From Nitrospirota bacterium (GTDB lineage Bacteria > Nitrospirota > Thermodesulfovibrionia > Thermodesulfovibrionales > Dissulfurispiraceae), in assembly GCA_963710375.1 (NCBI GenBank), contig CAVPZX010000002.1, positions 480,001-544,000 of the forward strand: a stretch of 64,000 nt of DNA. Reading direction: 5' to 3'. Shown here in pieces: positions 1 through 12,600 of the stretch (its first letter is position 1; each line of letters begins with the position of its first letter). Both the position numbers and the translations under genes were made by a program. A model generated the notes under the pieces. The model was given only the letters and a program-made list of their open reading frames with translations, was not told where the DNA came from and made no database searches.

Positions 1-54
1 GAAGTTACGGGTCTTGACGAAACACAGCATGGCGAAAGGGCATATAACATATAA
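1..54 (+). CDS. amtB: Ammonium transporter, 3' end (partial)
   Basis: Frame 1 reads EVTGLDETQHGERAYNI*, the typical Amt C-terminal GLD..HGE.AY motif, directly upstream of a PII gene. Confidence 0.85.
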   Translation, partial: EVTGLDETQHGERAYNI

Positions 55-57
55 AAT

Positions 58-110
58 GCAGGCTGAGGTCAAGGTTCTGTAAACCTCAACCTCGGCCTTA
101 GCCTTAACTT
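58..110. repeat. Palindromic hexamer array (AAGGTT/AACCTT-like), copy 1
   Basis: ggctgaggtcaaggtt ... aacctcaacctcggccttagccttaac; similar arrays at 1655-1731 and 39831-39930. Confidence 0.6.
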
Positions 111-127
111 TAATACAGAGGAGATAA

Positions 128-469
<342 letters not shown>

Positions 470-592
470 AGAGGTTGTTTTTCCTGGTGTAACTGATTGT
501 CTGACTAAAGGATGGAGGTCCCTTTTATCGCCAAACTCCCTGTTTTTTAGGCATTGCAATTCTGTTACATCACTTGTTATCATAAGGCCCAT

Positions 593-1291
593 ATGTCTGT
601 CCTAATCTGCAAGAATATAGAGACGGAAGGTCCGGGCACTATTGGGGATTTCCTCAATGAAAAAAATATTAACTATGCTGTTCTTGAGTTGTCAAAGAGC
701 GCAGATATCCCCGACGCTGCTGATTTTGATACCCTGCTGATGATGGGTGGCCCCATGAGCGTAAACGAGGATGATATCTATCCCTATATCAAGAAAGAAG
801 AAAGGCTTGTAAGGGATTTTATCGCCCGGGACAAACGGGTCCTCGGGGTATGCCTCGGAGCTCAGATAATGGCAAAGGCTCTTGGGTCAAGGGTATATAA
901 GGGAGCTGAAACAGAGATAGGCTGGTACGATATCGACATTACCGAGGAGGGACTCAGGGACAATCTTATAGCGCGCCTTGCAACTAATCCTCAGAAAGGT
1001 GATATTTGGAGGAAATTCAAAGTCTTCCACTGGCACGGCGAGACATTCGATATACCGAAGGGTGCTGTCAGACTGGCAAGTTCGGCTCTTTATCCGAACC
1101 AGGCATTCAGGTACGGCAAAAATGCTTACGCATTTCAGTTCCATATCGAAGTGCAAAAGGCTATGGTTTTTGAGTGGCTGAAAAACGAGGCCATAGATCT
1201 CGATAAAATAAAAGCCGAAACAGAAGAGCTATATAATGTTTATAATACGCGGGCATATAAATTTTATGAACTATTTTTTCAAACTGTATGA
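593..1291 (+). CDS. Type 1 glutamine amidotransferase-like protein
   Basis: GGPMSV, GVCLGAQ nucleophile elbow, FHWHGETF, QFHIE; ATG at 593 preferred over TTG at 554. Confidence 0.88.
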   Translation: MSVLICKNIETEGPGTIGDFLNEKNINYAVLELSKSADIPDAADFDTLLMMGGPMSVNEDDIYPYIKKEERLVRDFIARDKRVLGVCLGAQIMAKALGSRVYKGAETEIGWYDIDITEEGLRDNLIARLATNPQKGDIWRKFKVFHWHGETFDIPKGAVRLASSALYPNQAFRYGKNAYAFQFHIEVQKAMVFEWLKNEAIDLDKIKAETEELYNVYNTRAYKFYELFFQTV

Positions 1292-1308
1292 AGATCTGCG
1301 GGAGGTGA

Positions 1309-1650
<342 letters not shown>

Positions 1651-1654
1651 ACTA

Positions 1655-1731
1655 AAGGTTAAGGTTGAGGGTAAGAACTGAAAATTTTTAAGATGTCTTA
1701 GCTTTCAAATCTCAACCTCTGCCTTGACCTT
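1655..1731. repeat. Palindromic hexamer array, copy 2
   Basis: aaggttaaggttgagggtaag ... ctcaacctctgccttgacctt. Confidence 0.6.
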
Positions 1732-1756
1732 ATCCTAATAAAATAAAGGAGGATTT

Positions 1757-3169
1757 ATGACACCGAAAGACGTAATCAAGATGGCCGAGGAGAACAAGGC
1801 AGTGATGGTGGACTTCAAGTTCCTTGATTTTCCAGGTCTCTGGCAGCACTTTGCAGCGCCGGTCAGCGAGTTAAAAGAGGAAGTATTCAGTGAGGGGCTT
1901 GGATTTGACGGCTCTTCAATCAGGGGATGGCAGGCTATCCACACCTCTGACATGCTAGTCGTTCCTGATCCCTCCACCGCAATTATGGACCCTTTTACAG
2001 AGCGCCCCATGCTGAGCCTGATCTGTAACATTGTAGACCCGATCACAAAAGAATCATACACAAGGGACCCAAGGTACATTGCGCAGAAAGCGGAAGCGTA
2101 TCTCAAATCGACAGGGATAGGTGACACGGCTTATTTCGGCCCTGAGGCTGAATTTTTTATCTTTGACGATATAATGTTCGACCAGAATTCTCACAGCGGT
2201 TATTATTTCCTTGATTCGGTTGAGGGCATCTGGAACTCAGGCCGCGACGAGAAACCCAACCTGGGCTACAAGCCGAGGCACAAAGAGGGATATTTCCCAG
2301 TGCCTCCGATGGACAGCCAGGAGGATTTAAGGACAGAGATGGTGGTTGAGATGCTGAAATGCGGCATCTATGTAGAAAAGGAACACCACGAAGTCGCCAC
2401 AGCAGGACAGGCTGAAATCGACATGAGGTTTGAGTCCCTGGTCAAGATGGCAGACTACCTGATGCTCTTTAAATATATAATCAAGAATGTAGCCAAGAGG
2501 CACGGCAAGACAGTGACCTTTATGCCGAAGCCGATATTCGGGGACAACGGTTCCGGGATGCACACCCATCAGAGCATATGGAAAAACGGCAAGCCTGTAT
2601 TTGCCGGCAACGGCTACGCAGGGCTCAGCGAGACCGCTATTTATTATATCGGCGGGGTTCTGAAGCATGCGAAATCCCTGGCGGCCCTAACCAACCCGAC
2701 GACTAACTCATACAAGAGACTGACACCTGGGTTTGAAGCTCCGGTGAACCTTGCCTATTCTGCGAGGAACCGCTCGGCATGTGTAAGGATACCCACATAC
2801 TCAGCCAGCCCTAAGACAAAGAGGGCGGAAGTGCGGTTCCCTGATCCATCGTGCAATCCTTACCTGGCCTTTGCCGCGATGCTGATGGCAGGTCTTGACG
2901 GGATCGAGAACAAGATACATCCTGGCGAGCCGCTTGACAAGGACATCTATGAACTCGGCCCGGAGGAACTTGCCTCAGTGCCGACCATGCCGGCAAGTCT
3001 GGAAGAGGCACTCAACCATCTTGAGGAAGACCATGAGTACCTGATGAAAGGGAACGTATTCACCGATGATGCCCTTGAAACATGGATCAGCTACAAGAGA
3101 TCCAAAGAAGTAGATGCCCTCAGATTGAGGCCCCATCCTTATGAGTTCTTCCTTTACTACGATATATAG
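1757..3169 (+). CDS. glnA: Glutamine synthetase type I
   Basis: FDGSSI, HHEVA, TFMPKP, NGSGMH, KRL.PGFEAP, adenylylation loop DKDIY. Confidence 0.97.
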   Translation: MTPKDVIKMAEENKAVMVDFKFLDFPGLWQHFAAPVSELKEEVFSEGLGFDGSSIRGWQAIHTSDMLVVPDPSTAIMDPFTERPMLSLICNIVDPITKESYTRDPRYIAQKAEAYLKSTGIGDTAYFGPEAEFFIFDDIMFDQNSHSGYYFLDSVEGIWNSGRDEKPNLGYKPRHKEGYFPVPPMDSQEDLRTEMVVEMLKCGIYVEKEHHEVATAGQAEIDMRFESLVKMADYLMLFKYIIKNVAKRHGKTVTFMPKPIFGDNGSGMHTHQSIWKNGKPVFAGNGYAGLSETAIYYIGGVLKHAKSLAALTNPTTNSYKRLTPGFEAPVNLAYSARNRSACVRIPTYSASPKTKRAEVRFPDPSCNPYLAFAAMLMAGLDGIENKIHPGEPLDKDIYELGPEELASVPTMPASLEEALNHLEEDHEYLMKGNVFTDDALETWISYKRSKEVDALRLRPHPYEFFLYYDI

Positions 3170-3189
3170 AATAGAGTTTCAAAAGTAAT

Positions 3190-3224
3190 AAAAAGGGGGG
3201 ACTCTATCGAGTCCCCCCTTTTTT
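3190..3224. terminator. Bidirectional intrinsic terminator between glnA and cheW
   Basis: AAAAAGGGGGGACTC-tatc-GAGTCCCCCCTTTTTT. Confidence 0.9.
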
Positions 3225-3240
3225 CTATTAATTGATTGGT

Positions 3241-3771
3241 TTATTTATTTTCAATAGCTTTTGTTGCGACCGCTGCCATTTCCTCCTCTTCAACCTTGCC
3301 AAGCAGTCTGTCCATATCCAGCAATATAATAAGGCGTTCTTCCACTTTGGCTATGCCTTTTATGAACTCGGCGGCAATATTGGATGCCATCGGGGGGGTA
3401 GGCTCAACCGTCGTAGAAGGAATTCTCAGCACTTCCGATACTGAATCAACAACAAGACCCATGGTAATGCCCTGTATATCCATAATCATTATCCGTGTCT
3501 GCTCGTTGTTCTCCTTACTTTCCAGGCCGAACTTCCTCCTGAGATTCACAACAGGTATCACCTTGCCCCTCAGGTTAATAACGCCCTCCACATAAGGCGG
3601 GGAGTTCGGCACCCGTGTAATTTCCTTCATCCTGTTAATCTCCTGCACCTTGAGGATAGCCACAGCATATTCCTCGCTGCCCAAATTAAATGTAACCAGT
3701 TGCAAAAGCTCCTCGCCCACTGCTGACTTTATTGCATCTGCGGAACCCTTTGTCTCTACCAATGCGCCCAT
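3241..3771 (-). CDS. cheW: Chemotaxis coupling protein CheW
   Basis: QLVTF, ITRVPNSP.YVEGVINLRGKVIPVV, GLVVDSV. Confidence 0.93.
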   Translation of the reverse strand: MGALVETKGSADAIKSAVGEELLQLVTFNLGSEEYAVAILKVQEINRMKEITRVPNSPPYVEGVINLRGKVIPVVNLRRKFGLESKENNEQTRIMIMDIQGITMGLVVDSVSEVLRIPSTTVEPTPPMASNIAAEFIKGIAKVEERLIILLDMDRLLGKVEEEEMAAVATKAIENK

Positions 3772-3858
3772 ATGACACCTCCACCTAAAAAAGTAGTCTT
3801 TAATTATGGCGTAGAATTTCTATATTGTTTCTCATTATACCGAATTGCGCCGTTTTTT

Positions 3859-6702
3859 TCATTCCCCTAAGCTCTTCCACATGCTGCTGACCAGCGCCTT
3901 CCTCCGGTTCAATGTTTCCAGAATGTCCTCACTGCTTAAATCAACGATATCGGCCAACCCCTGCAGGACGGTGCCGTTCCTTTTCAATGTCCCCTCATTT
4001 CTCAGTCGGAGCATCGTTTCAATATTCCGGTAAAAAACATACGTTTCGCTGAGCATAGTGGCATCGCTATCTTTCAAAATGCCTGCCCTATTGATGCGTC
4101 GTATCGCATCAATAGTATTCTGCACCAGAAGTTCAGGGTGACTTCTGCAGTGTTTCATCTGCAGATACTGAACGATAAATTCAAGCTCACCAAGCCCCCC
4201 CGTCCCCCGCTTTATATCATAGGCTCCCTCAGCCAACGATTCCCTTGAGAGTTCCTTTACGATCCTTTCACGCATTTTTTTTATTTCCGATACAGTAATG
4301 TCTCCGCCTCTGGCAAGCAAGACTTCCCTTCTCATGCTCATAAAAGACCTGTTCATATAGTTGTCGCCGGTAATGGGTCGGGCCTTAAGCAGGGCCTGCA
4401 GTTCCCACAACCAGGCGTGGTGCGTATAGTAAGCGGCCAGGCCATCCAGCGAGCTTACGAGCGGCCCCTTATTTCCGTCGGGACGCAGGCGAGTATCAAT
4501 GTTGTAAGCCATGCCGTCCTTTGTGTAAGACATGGCAAATCTCAGTACACGCTCTGCTGCTTTTATATCATCGGCCGACGGCTCATCGCGTGTCAAAAAT
4601 ATTATATCCAGATCAGAATTAAATGTAATTTCCCGCCCGCCCATCTTCCCATAACTGACTACGGAAAGTGATGGTGACGAATGGTCCTGCTCCAGTACAA
4701 GCAGTTCTATAATGGCCTCTGCAACCTTGCTCAGCGATTTCATAAGCTCCAGTACATCCATCCGCCTGTCCAAAAAAAGAATTCCGAGCCCGACCTCTTC
4801 GAGCCTCTTAAACAGACGTACAGCCGTATATGTCCCGTGCAGTCCGGCAAGCACCGTCAATTCTTTTTTCAGACTTGTGAGCCTCTTTTTCCTTGCCCCG
4901 CCTTCTGCAAGAGATTCCAGGTACACTGTATTGCTCATAAGTATTTTCGAGAGGTACTCGCTATGCGAGAAAATGAAAGTGAGGCTCGAAATTAATTCCA
5001 TCTGCTGGGCTATTGTTTCCAGATATGATTCTTTTCTCGCCATAAGCGCCGCAAAATCTACCAGATGAAGCAGTGCAAGGTCTGCGTCAGTGCTTTGCAG
5101 CGCCCCTTCAATGAAGCGGGGCAAAAGATCTTCGAGAAGCCTTCTACCCCGTATTGTCTGAAAAGAATTGACCGTATTCCTGATCTTCATTAAATAATGT
5201 ATTGCCCTCTTGGCATCCTTTATTCCTCTCTTTGAGAGCTCTTCCGTCAGAAGATGCTCATCAGGCATATCCATATCCCAGAACTCAGCGCTCAGGATGC
5301 CAAGATACGGCGACCCGGAAGCGTCTCCCACGAAAAGCAGTGAATCGTATATTGATCGCACCTTATGCCTTCTCTTTGTCATCTCTTCCAGGAAGGCTTT
5401 CCCGCTGCCAAAGCCCATCCGTTTGCCGAGGCTGTCAACCTCGTGTTCACCTGCAGGGACTGTGTGGGTTTGGATATCGTTCATCTGCTGGAGACGGTGC
5501 TCGAGCGTCCTCAGAAAAATATAGTTCTCAAACAGATGGTGAAAATCCTCGTAGCCTATAAGCCCCTTCTGCAAGAGACGGTGAAGGGTACGGAAAGTGC
5601 TCCTCTCCCTGATCAGCACTTCCTTCCCGCCGTAAATAAGTTGGAATATTTGTATGAAAAACTCTATTTCCCGTATGCCTCCGTAGCCCCTCTTTATGTC
5701 ACTGCTCAGCGTGGAACCCCCTAAAGTCGCGTGACTTTTGGGGGACCTTTTCCCGGATTTTATCTGTTCCACCTGGGACTTCATGCGTCTTATTTCGTCA
5801 ATTGCATCAAAGCCGAGATATTTCCTGTATACAAAAGGCCGTATCATCTCGAGGAATTCCTTTCCCAGGGCCTGGTCTCCAGCCACAACACGGGCCCTGA
5901 GAAGCGCTGCCCTCTCCCATAGTTGTCCCCAGGACTCGTAATACTCCTCATGCTCCCTTAACGATAGCGCAAGGCTGCCGCGCTGCCCCTGCGGCCTTAG
6001 CCGTAAATCGATACGGTACACAAAACCATCGCCTGTATTGGCGGAAAGAAAGCGCGTATAATCTTCCACAAGTTTCGAGTAATATTCAAGCGCGGTAATC
6101 TTGTTTATCGTGACACCCTGAACTGAAGTAATCCCGGCTGTTTCTCCTTCATCCCTGTAGACGAATATGATGTCAACATCGGAGCTGTAATTAAGTTCTT
6201 GTGCGCCCAGCTTACCAAGTCCTATTACAGCTAATGTGTTGCTCCCCGGACTTCCGTACCGTTTTGCAATAAAAGGCTCTACAAAAATCAGGGACTCATC
6301 CAATACCACATCAGCAAGATTGCTCATATCGAGCATCAATGATTGGAGATCAGCAAGCTTTAGAATATCCTTAAGGGTAATAATAAGAAACTTCTGCTTT
6401 CGGAAGCGCCGCACTGCGCTCATGCCGTCATCTATCGACGCACAGTCGCCTAATATGCTTCTTAGTTCATTCTGGAGATATGACTTTTCAAAAGATTCGT
6501 CCAGATTCTTGAGTGCATGGAATAATGCATCCGGGTACTGTATGGAGTAATTTGCAAGGAACTGGCTAAATGAAAACAACATGGCTGCCCGGGACAAGTT
6601 ATGCTTCAGTTTCCCCTCATACCCCGGGTTTTGAGAGAGGAAGGCTTTTATATTATTGCCGGCACGTTCAGGATCAGGACAGGATGTTAAGTACTTTTTC
6701 AC
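3859..6702 (-). CDS. glnE: Bifunctional glutamine synthetase adenylyltransferase/deadenylase
   Basis: Two nucleotidyltransferase domains (GLGKLG..ELNYSSDVD; GKMGGRE..NSDLD; D.RLRP.G). Confidence 0.92.
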   Translation of the reverse strand: MKKYLTSCPDPERAGNNIKAFLSQNPGYEGKLKHNLSRAAMLFSFSQFLANYSIQYPDALFHALKNLDESFEKSYLQNELRSILGDCASIDDGMSAVRRFRKQKFLIITLKDILKLADLQSLMLDMSNLADVVLDESLIFVEPFIAKRYGSPGSNTLAVIGLGKLGAQELNYSSDVDIIFVYRDEGETAGITSVQGVTINKITALEYYSKLVEDYTRFLSANTGDGFVYRIDLRLRPQGQRGSLALSLREHEEYYESWGQLWERAALLRARVVAGDQALGKEFLEMIRPFVYRKYLGFDAIDEIRRMKSQVEQIKSGKRSPKSHATLGGSTLSSDIKRGYGGIREIEFFIQIFQLIYGGKEVLIRERSTFRTLHRLLQKGLIGYEDFHHLFENYIFLRTLEHRLQQMNDIQTHTVPAGEHEVDSLGKRMGFGSGKAFLEEMTKRRHKVRSIYDSLLFVGDASGSPYLGILSAEFWDMDMPDEHLLTEELSKRGIKDAKRAIHYLMKIRNTVNSFQTIRGRRLLEDLLPRFIEGALQSTDADLALLHLVDFAALMARKESYLETIAQQMELISSLTFIFSHSEYLSKILMSNTVYLESLAEGGARKKRLTSLKKELTVLAGLHGTYTAVRLFKRLEEVGLGILFLDRRMDVLELMKSLSKVAEAIIELLVLEQDHSSPSLSVVSYGKMGGREITFNSDLDIIFLTRDEPSADDIKAAERVLRFAMSYTKDGMAYNIDTRLRPDGNKGPLVSSLDGLAAYYTHHAWLWELQALLKARPITGDNYMNRSFMSMRREVLLARGGDITVSEIKKMRERIVKELSRESLAEGAYDIKRGTGGLGELEFIVQYLQMKHCRSHPELLVQNTIDAIRRINRAGILKDSDATMLSETYVFYRNIETMLRLRNEGTLKRNGTVLQGLADIVDLSSEDILETLNRRKALVSSMWKSLGE

Positions 6703-7541
6703 TTTTCATTTTGCCACAGGCGCGGATCGAGTGCATCGCGCAACCCCTCGCCGACAAGATTATAACTGAGCACGGTAATGAGAATGGCAAGGCCGGGGAA
6801 TAGCGAAAGCCACCACGCAACAGTGATATAGTCCTTGCCGGACGTAAGGATATTCCCCCAGCTCGGTTCAGGCGGCTGCACACCCAGGCCGAGGAAAGAG
6901 AGGCCGGATTCCGTCAGGATCGCCCCTGCTATGCCGAACGTTGCAGCAACAAACACGGGAGAAAGGGCATTCGGGATAATATGCCTGAAGATAATACGGA
7001 AATCGCTCGCGCCGATAGCCCTGGCAGCCGAGACAAAGTCGCGCTCTTTGAGTGTCAAGAATTCGGCCCTTACAAGACGTGCAACATCCATCCAGCCGGT
7101 AAGGCCTATAATAATCATTATAGTGGATATGCTAGGCTCCACAATCGCGATGACCGCAAGGATCAGGAAGAATGTGGGGAAGGCAAGCATTATGTCGACA
7201 AACCGCATCAGCAGAGAATCTATCGTGCCCCCGTAGAACCCTGCTATTGAGCCGAGAACCGTTCCTATGGTTATCGCGATGCCCACGGCAATAAAACCGA
7301 CCTTAAGGGAAGCGCGGCTCCCCCATATAATTCGGGACAAAACATCCCTTCCCAGGTCGTCAGTACCTAAAAGATGCGCGCTATTCGGAGGTGAGAGAAC
7401 ATTATATACATTGATCGTTGCAGGTCCGTATGGCGCGATAAGCGGTGCAAACAGTGCAACCGTTGCCAGTATCAATATAATGATCAGTCCTGTAACTGAC
7501 AGAGGGTTTTCCCTGAATCGTCTCCACACTATCTGTATCAT
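6699..7541 (-). CDS. Oligopeptide/dipeptide ABC permease (OppC/DppC type)
   Basis: [14 protein letters not shown] loop, [23 protein letters not shown]. Confidence 0.92.
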   Translation of the reverse strand: MIQIVWRRFRENPLSVTGLIIILILATVALFAPLIAPYGPATINVYNVLSPPNSAHLLGTDDLGRDVLSRIIWGSRASLKVGFIAVGIAITIGTVLGSIAGFYGGTIDSLLMRFVDIMLAFPTFFLILAVIAIVEPSISTIMIIIGLTGWMDVARLVRAEFLTLKERDFVSAARAIGASDFRIIFRHIIPNALSPVFVAATFGIAGAILTESGLSFLGLGVQPPEPSWGNILTSGKDYITVAWWLSLFPGLAILITVLSYNLVGEGLRDALDPRLWQNEK

Positions 7542-8512
7542 TCCCTCACCCGTATTCTGGGGTCTACAAGTGCATAAGATATATCGGCAATCAGATTACC
7601 GATCAGCGTCAATATGGCGCCAATGACAAGTATGCCCATTATCGTAGGGTAATCCCTTGACATAGTGGACATCCAAAATAACTGTCCCATGCCCGGAATA
7701 GCAAAGATGCTTTCAAAGATCACCGAACCTCCGATAAGCCCCGGCACAGCAAGCCCAAGGATCGTTACAATAGGCATAAGGGCATTGCGGAGAGCATGGG
7801 TAATTATAATTTCTGACTCCTTCAGGCCCTTAGCACGAGCTGTCCTTATATAGTCTTGCCTGATCACCTCAAGCATGCTCGACCGGCTGTATCTGCTGAA
7901 GCCTGCAATACCCCCAAATGCGCTTAACAACACCGGGAGAATCAGATGTCTTGCCTGGTCAATTACCCTCTCAAGAAAACTCATACCGGATACATCGATG
8001 CTCTGAATACCTGAGATAGGGAGCAATCCAAGGGTAACTCCGAAAACGATCATCATGATCAAGGCAAGCCAGAAAGCCGGCGTTGAGAAGCCCAAGAACA
8101 CAAATAGTGTTGTCAATTTGTCAAAAAGAGAGTACTGTTTCACAGCTGACAGAATACCTACAGGAATTGCTATGATCATGATAAGAATTAAAGAAAGAAT
8201 ATTGATTTTCAGCGTAACCGGAATCCGTTCGCCTATTTTATCAGCGACCTTTTTACCGTCAACAAAAGACGTTCCGAAGTCCAGTTTCACAAACCTCTTG
8301 AGCCATTCAATATACTGCACATGCAGAGGCTTGTCGAGACCGTAAAGTTTCTTGAGATTCTCTCTAGCCTCAGCAGATGACTTGAGGGACATCTGGGCTT
8401 CAACCTCCACAGGGCCTCCCGGCGCAAGATGTATGACAATAAAGGTGATGAGCGTAATCCCGAAAATAAGGGGTACCATCGACGCAAGGCGTTTAAGGAT
8501 ATACAAAGACAT
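7538..8512 (-). CDS. Oligopeptide/dipeptide ABC permease (OppB/DppB type)
   Basis: [34 protein letters not shown]. Confidence 0.92.
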   Translation of the reverse strand: MSLYILKRLASMVPLIFGITLITFIVIHLAPGGPVEVEAQMSLKSSAEARENLKKLYGLDKPLHVQYIEWLKRFVKLDFGTSFVDGKKVADKIGERIPVTLKINILSLILIMIIAIPVGILSAVKQYSLFDKLTTLFVFLGFSTPAFWLALIMMIVFGVTLGLLPISGIQSIDVSGMSFLERVIDQARHLILPVLLSAFGGIAGFSRYSRSSMLEVIRQDYIRTARAKGLKESEIIITHALRNALMPIVTILGLAVPGLIGGSVIFESIFAIPGMGQLFWMSTMSRDYPTIMGILVIGAILTLIGNLIADISYALVDPRIRVRE

Positions 8513-8562
8513 ATAACTAACTTAATGGAATGCGGGAGCAAAGTCAACAAATTGAGCCATTG

Positions 8563-8732
8563 GGTAGTGGGCCAGTTTGTTTTTGCTCTGTATCAATTAG
8601 CCGTTCAATTCAATCACTGGCCTGTATTGAGCATTATCTGTGGTCGCCATTTCTGTATATGTGGGCTCGGCGTTACTCGCCCTTTACTGATAACCCAGGT
8701 GATACAGAGCAAAAACAAACTGGCCCACTACC
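8563..8732. mobile_element. MITE, 170 bp, with 33-bp perfect terminal inverted repeats and 8-bp target duplication
   Basis: GGTAGTGGGCCAGTTTGTTTTTGCTCTGTATCA (8563-8595) inverted at 8700-8732; AGCCATTG at 8555-8562 and 8733-8740. Confidence 0.9.
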
Positions 8733-8776
8733 AGCCATTGCAGAACAAACAGACCTGCCGGCAATGACGATATCAT

Positions 8777-9514
8777 TCACAAGCTGCCGCTGTAGTAGCT
8801 TTGCATCTCATCAGTATAACTGCCGTCTTCATTATAGATAATAAGGGGTTTTTCTATTTTCATTCCAGCTCTGGCTCCCCTGGCCGCATCAATAAGAAGC
8901 ATCTTTGCATCAGAGGAAGCAGTGGAATGAACGCACCTGACCCGTTTTACTTCCAGCCCGTTGTCCCTCATAACACTTATAATCTCGGCCAACCGCTCCG
9001 GCAAATGAATGACGCACAGCCTTCCGTGATGCTTCAATAGGACCGAGCCTGCCTTTACCAAGTCCTCCAGGGAAAGCAGTATTTCATGCCTGGCGATTGC
9101 CTTTTCATCATCGGGATTGATCAACCCTGAGTTTATCCTTCTGTATGGCGGGTTTGAGACAACAAGATCGAAGGACGAGGGATGTAGCGCGGAGGAGCCG
9201 AATCCGTTGCCAGAGGACAGCGACCTTATATCCATTCTGATCACCCCGACCCGCTCCTCAAGCCTGTTCAATGCAATATTTCTCTCTGCAAGCCTGGCAA
9301 GGCTCTCCTGCAATTCGATCAGTTTGACCTTTGCTCCCGGGCATTTCATGGCAAGGAGCAAGCCAATAATGCCGGAACCTGTTCCGAAGTCAGCGATGTT
9401 CTTTGCTGCGGGCCGTTCGGAAAAAGAAGCGAGCAGCAAGGCATCAACCGAAAAACGGTAACCCTTTTTATTCTGGTGAATTTTGATATCCCTCAAAAAA
9501 TCCAGTGTAGTCAT
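8777..9514 (-). CDS. tRNA1(Val) A37 N6-methyltransferase-like SAM-dependent methyltransferase
   Basis: GYRFSVDALLL, DFGTGSG, VSNPPY, ARHE. Confidence 0.85.
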   Translation of the reverse strand: MTTLDFLRDIKIHQNKKGYRFSVDALLLASFSERPAAKNIADFGTGSGIIGLLLAMKCPGAKVKLIELQESLARLAERNIALNRLEERVGVIRMDIRSLSSGNGFGSSALHPSSFDLVVSNPPYRRINSGLINPDDEKAIARHEILLSLEDLVKAGSVLLKHHGRLCVIHLPERLAEIISVMRDNGLEVKRVRCVHSTASSDAKMLLIDAARGARAGMKIEKPLIIYNEDGSYTDEMQSYYSGSL

Positions 9515-9630
9515 ATGAAGATTATTGATAAAAGACGCTAAACATCATTCTATTTAATATTATTTACGCCGTTTTTGCCATCTCTCATTGAATTGTTTTA
9601 TAAGCTCTCAATTGCGGTTCTCAGGCCTCA

Positions 9631-9699
9631 AGGGTCTGCGAATAAACAACTTGCACATTGATACATCTCAGCTTCACGTCATCTTTGCCCGATGCTCAG
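9631..9699. mobile_element. Truncated left end of the MITE seen complete at 38391-38561
   Basis: agggtctgcgaataaacaacttgcacattgatacatctcagcttcacgtcatctttgcccgatgctcag aligns without gaps to 38391-38459 with few mismatches. Confidence 0.85.
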
Positions 9700-12600
9700 C
9701 GTGTGGCAGCCACTTTTCGAGCACCTTGGACAACTTCTTCGGCGAGATTGGCTTTGAGATATAATCGTCCATGCCCTCTTGCAGGCATTTCTCCCTGTCA
9801 CCCGTCATGGCATGGGCTGTCATTGCAATAATTGGAACATTTGGATTCGCTGCCTTTGTCTTGCCACTCCGGATAGCCATGGTAGCCTGATACCCATCCA
9901 TAACAGGCATCTGAACATCCATGAAGACTATGTCGTAAGAAGCAGCTTCCATCATATTGATCGCCTGCTGGCCATTGTCAGCGGTGTCAGCACTGAACCC
10001 CAATTTCCCCAGAATGCCCTCTGCCACCAGTCTATTCACTCTGTTATCCTCCACCAGTAGAATGCGCGCATTCTGCCTGGATGCCTCACGAAGCCAATGC
10101 TTCGTAATAATGGCGGCTTCCTGGGCCTTTTCATGCAGACTGCTCCCGCCAAGGACTGCGGCTATGCAGTCGTGCAGCTGGAACATCCTTACAGGTTTGG
10201 TTAGATATGCGGAAAATCCAAGGCTCGCAAGCCTCTTTGAATCTCCCCTCACTCCACTGGATGTCAGCATAATCAGCAAAGTATCCCTCAAAACTGGGTC
10301 TGCCTTGATGGCCCTGGCAAGGGCTTCGCCATCCATGCCAGGCATTTGCATATCAGTAACTACAACCCTAAAAGGGTCCCCTTCAGCTTGAGCGGCATGG
10401 AGCATCTCCATTGCCTTTAAAGCTCCCCCGGCCTCTGCATGGCGCACTCCCCACGACTTCATCTGCTCTGCAATTACGATGCGGTTCACCGCATTGTCGT
10501 CTACCGACAGTATCCTCACCCCGCTGATATCGGCAAATGGAGGCATTTCTCCCCTGTCCGGCTGACTCCCCTTATCGAACACTGCTGTAAACCAGAAGTT
10601 GGAACCCTTCCCTTCTATGCTTTCAACCCCTATCCTGCCGTTCATTAGCTCAACCAGACGTTTCGATATTGCCAACCCAAGGCCGCTGCCTCCAAACTTC
10701 CTCGATGTCGAGGCATCAACCTGCTGGAAACTGTCAAACAATAAAGGTACTTTGTCCTGTGGTATCCCAATGCCCGTATCCCTTATATTGAAGCGCACCG
10801 TAATTTGACCGTCTCTCTCATATTCCGTCACTGCTTCGATAACCACCTCGCCCACTGAGGTGAACTTGATGGCATTCCCTATCAGGTTCACTAATACCTG
10901 GCGAAGCCGGCCAGGGTCGCCTATAAGGAATGTGTGGACGCCAGGGTCTATCCGGCATATTAACTCAAGACCCTTTTCATAGGCCCTCAAGGCCATAAAC
11001 TCAGCAGTCTCTTCAAGCGTGTTTCTCAGATCAAACTCTATTGTCTCTATCTCCAGTTTGCCTGCCTCTATCTTGGAGAAGTCAAGGATGTCGTTGATCA
11101 GGCCCAGCAACAACTCGCCGCTTGAGCGCAGCATCTCGGCATAGTTCCTCTGCTCCTCAGAAAGCCCCGTGTCAAAAAGCAAACCGGTCATCCCAACGAT
11201 GCCGTTCAATGGGGTGCGGATTTCGTGGCTCATGTTTGCCAGAAACTCGCTCTTTGCCACATTCGCCGCTTCCGCAGCCGTCTTCGCCTTCTTGAGAGCC
11301 TCTTCAATCTGTTTTCGCTCAGTTATATCTTCATTGACCAGGATGTAATGAGTGATTTTACCCTCTTGGTTCAATACAGGAGCTATAGAGGAGTGCTCCC
11401 AGTATAACTCACCTTTTTTGTTCCTGTTGCATATCTCGCCGACCCACTCGTGCCCTGACCTCAAGGTCTCGAATATGGAATTGTAAAACTCATCGGGGTG
11501 AGTTCCGGATTTGAACATCATTGGGTGTTGCCCTAAAACCTCGCTTGCCGAATATCCCGTAACTTTTTCAGCCTGCGGGTTCACAAATTCTATTCTGCCC
11601 TCCGTGTCTGTTATGGTAACAGCAGATGCACTTTGCCGTAATGCTTGTGAAAGTTTCTGAAGCTCTTCCATTGTCCGTTTGCTATCAGTAATGTTCCTGA
11701 CCGTACAAACGGTGGCCATAATGCTCCCGCTGTTGTTTTTCATCGACGATGCAGATATGCTGAGGATTTGGGGGACATAGTCAGGTTGCATATAAGATAA
11801 TTCGTAACTTCGTACGCTATCGGATGATGCGCTGCCGTCAAGTACCGGTCGGGCACCCTCGCCGAAAATCATTGTAAACGGCCTTCCGAGAAGGTCCTCT
11901 TCCGACCGCCCTAACATCGCCGTGGCCGCACGATTGATCAGCCTGATAATACCCTCTGCATCAATTGCTATCATGGCTTCATCCATCGTATCAAGAACAC
12001 CCTGCGCCGCAAACGTAGGGGTGATATTAATAAGTTGGTTTTTTACCACGGCCCTATCGAGTATGACCAAGCAGACCAATACCGCAATGTAGCCGGCGGG
12101 ATATATGGCAATATCAAAGTGTACGAAATAATCAACGACCGACAATCCTCCGATACCAAAGGCAACGAGAAATGACCTGATACGAAGACGTTGTTTGTGG
12201 CTGTATATTTCTCGCTTATAGGCCGCTAGAAGTGCGTGGTAGCTAATCCCCAGGACAATCCCGAAAGGGATCAAGTACATTATGCCCCACGATGTGAACT
12301 GAGGTTCATACCCCCATGAAAAATGCTTTACCCTATTGATGACCAAGTCCGTACCTACCATGAGAATGGAAGAAAACAAGGATAATACCCATATTAGGGC
12401 ATTAAGCCGTTTGTGCTTTTGATAGATGTTCAATGCGGTGATGACAAACAAATAAAGAGCTGCGGGAATAAAAGGGATGCCGAAATGTGCTGCTTTTACC
12501 CACCAAAAAGCAACGTCTGTATTAGTTGAGTTGCTCCCAAAAAGAGCTGAGACCTGCCATATCAACACAAAGAATGTCAGCAGGTTGAACGTCAAGCTGG

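Noticed and set aside
3241..3771. Orphan cheW after glnE as a nitrogen-chemotaxis link
   Set aside because: Orphan cheW genes are common and nothing beyond adjacency supports a link
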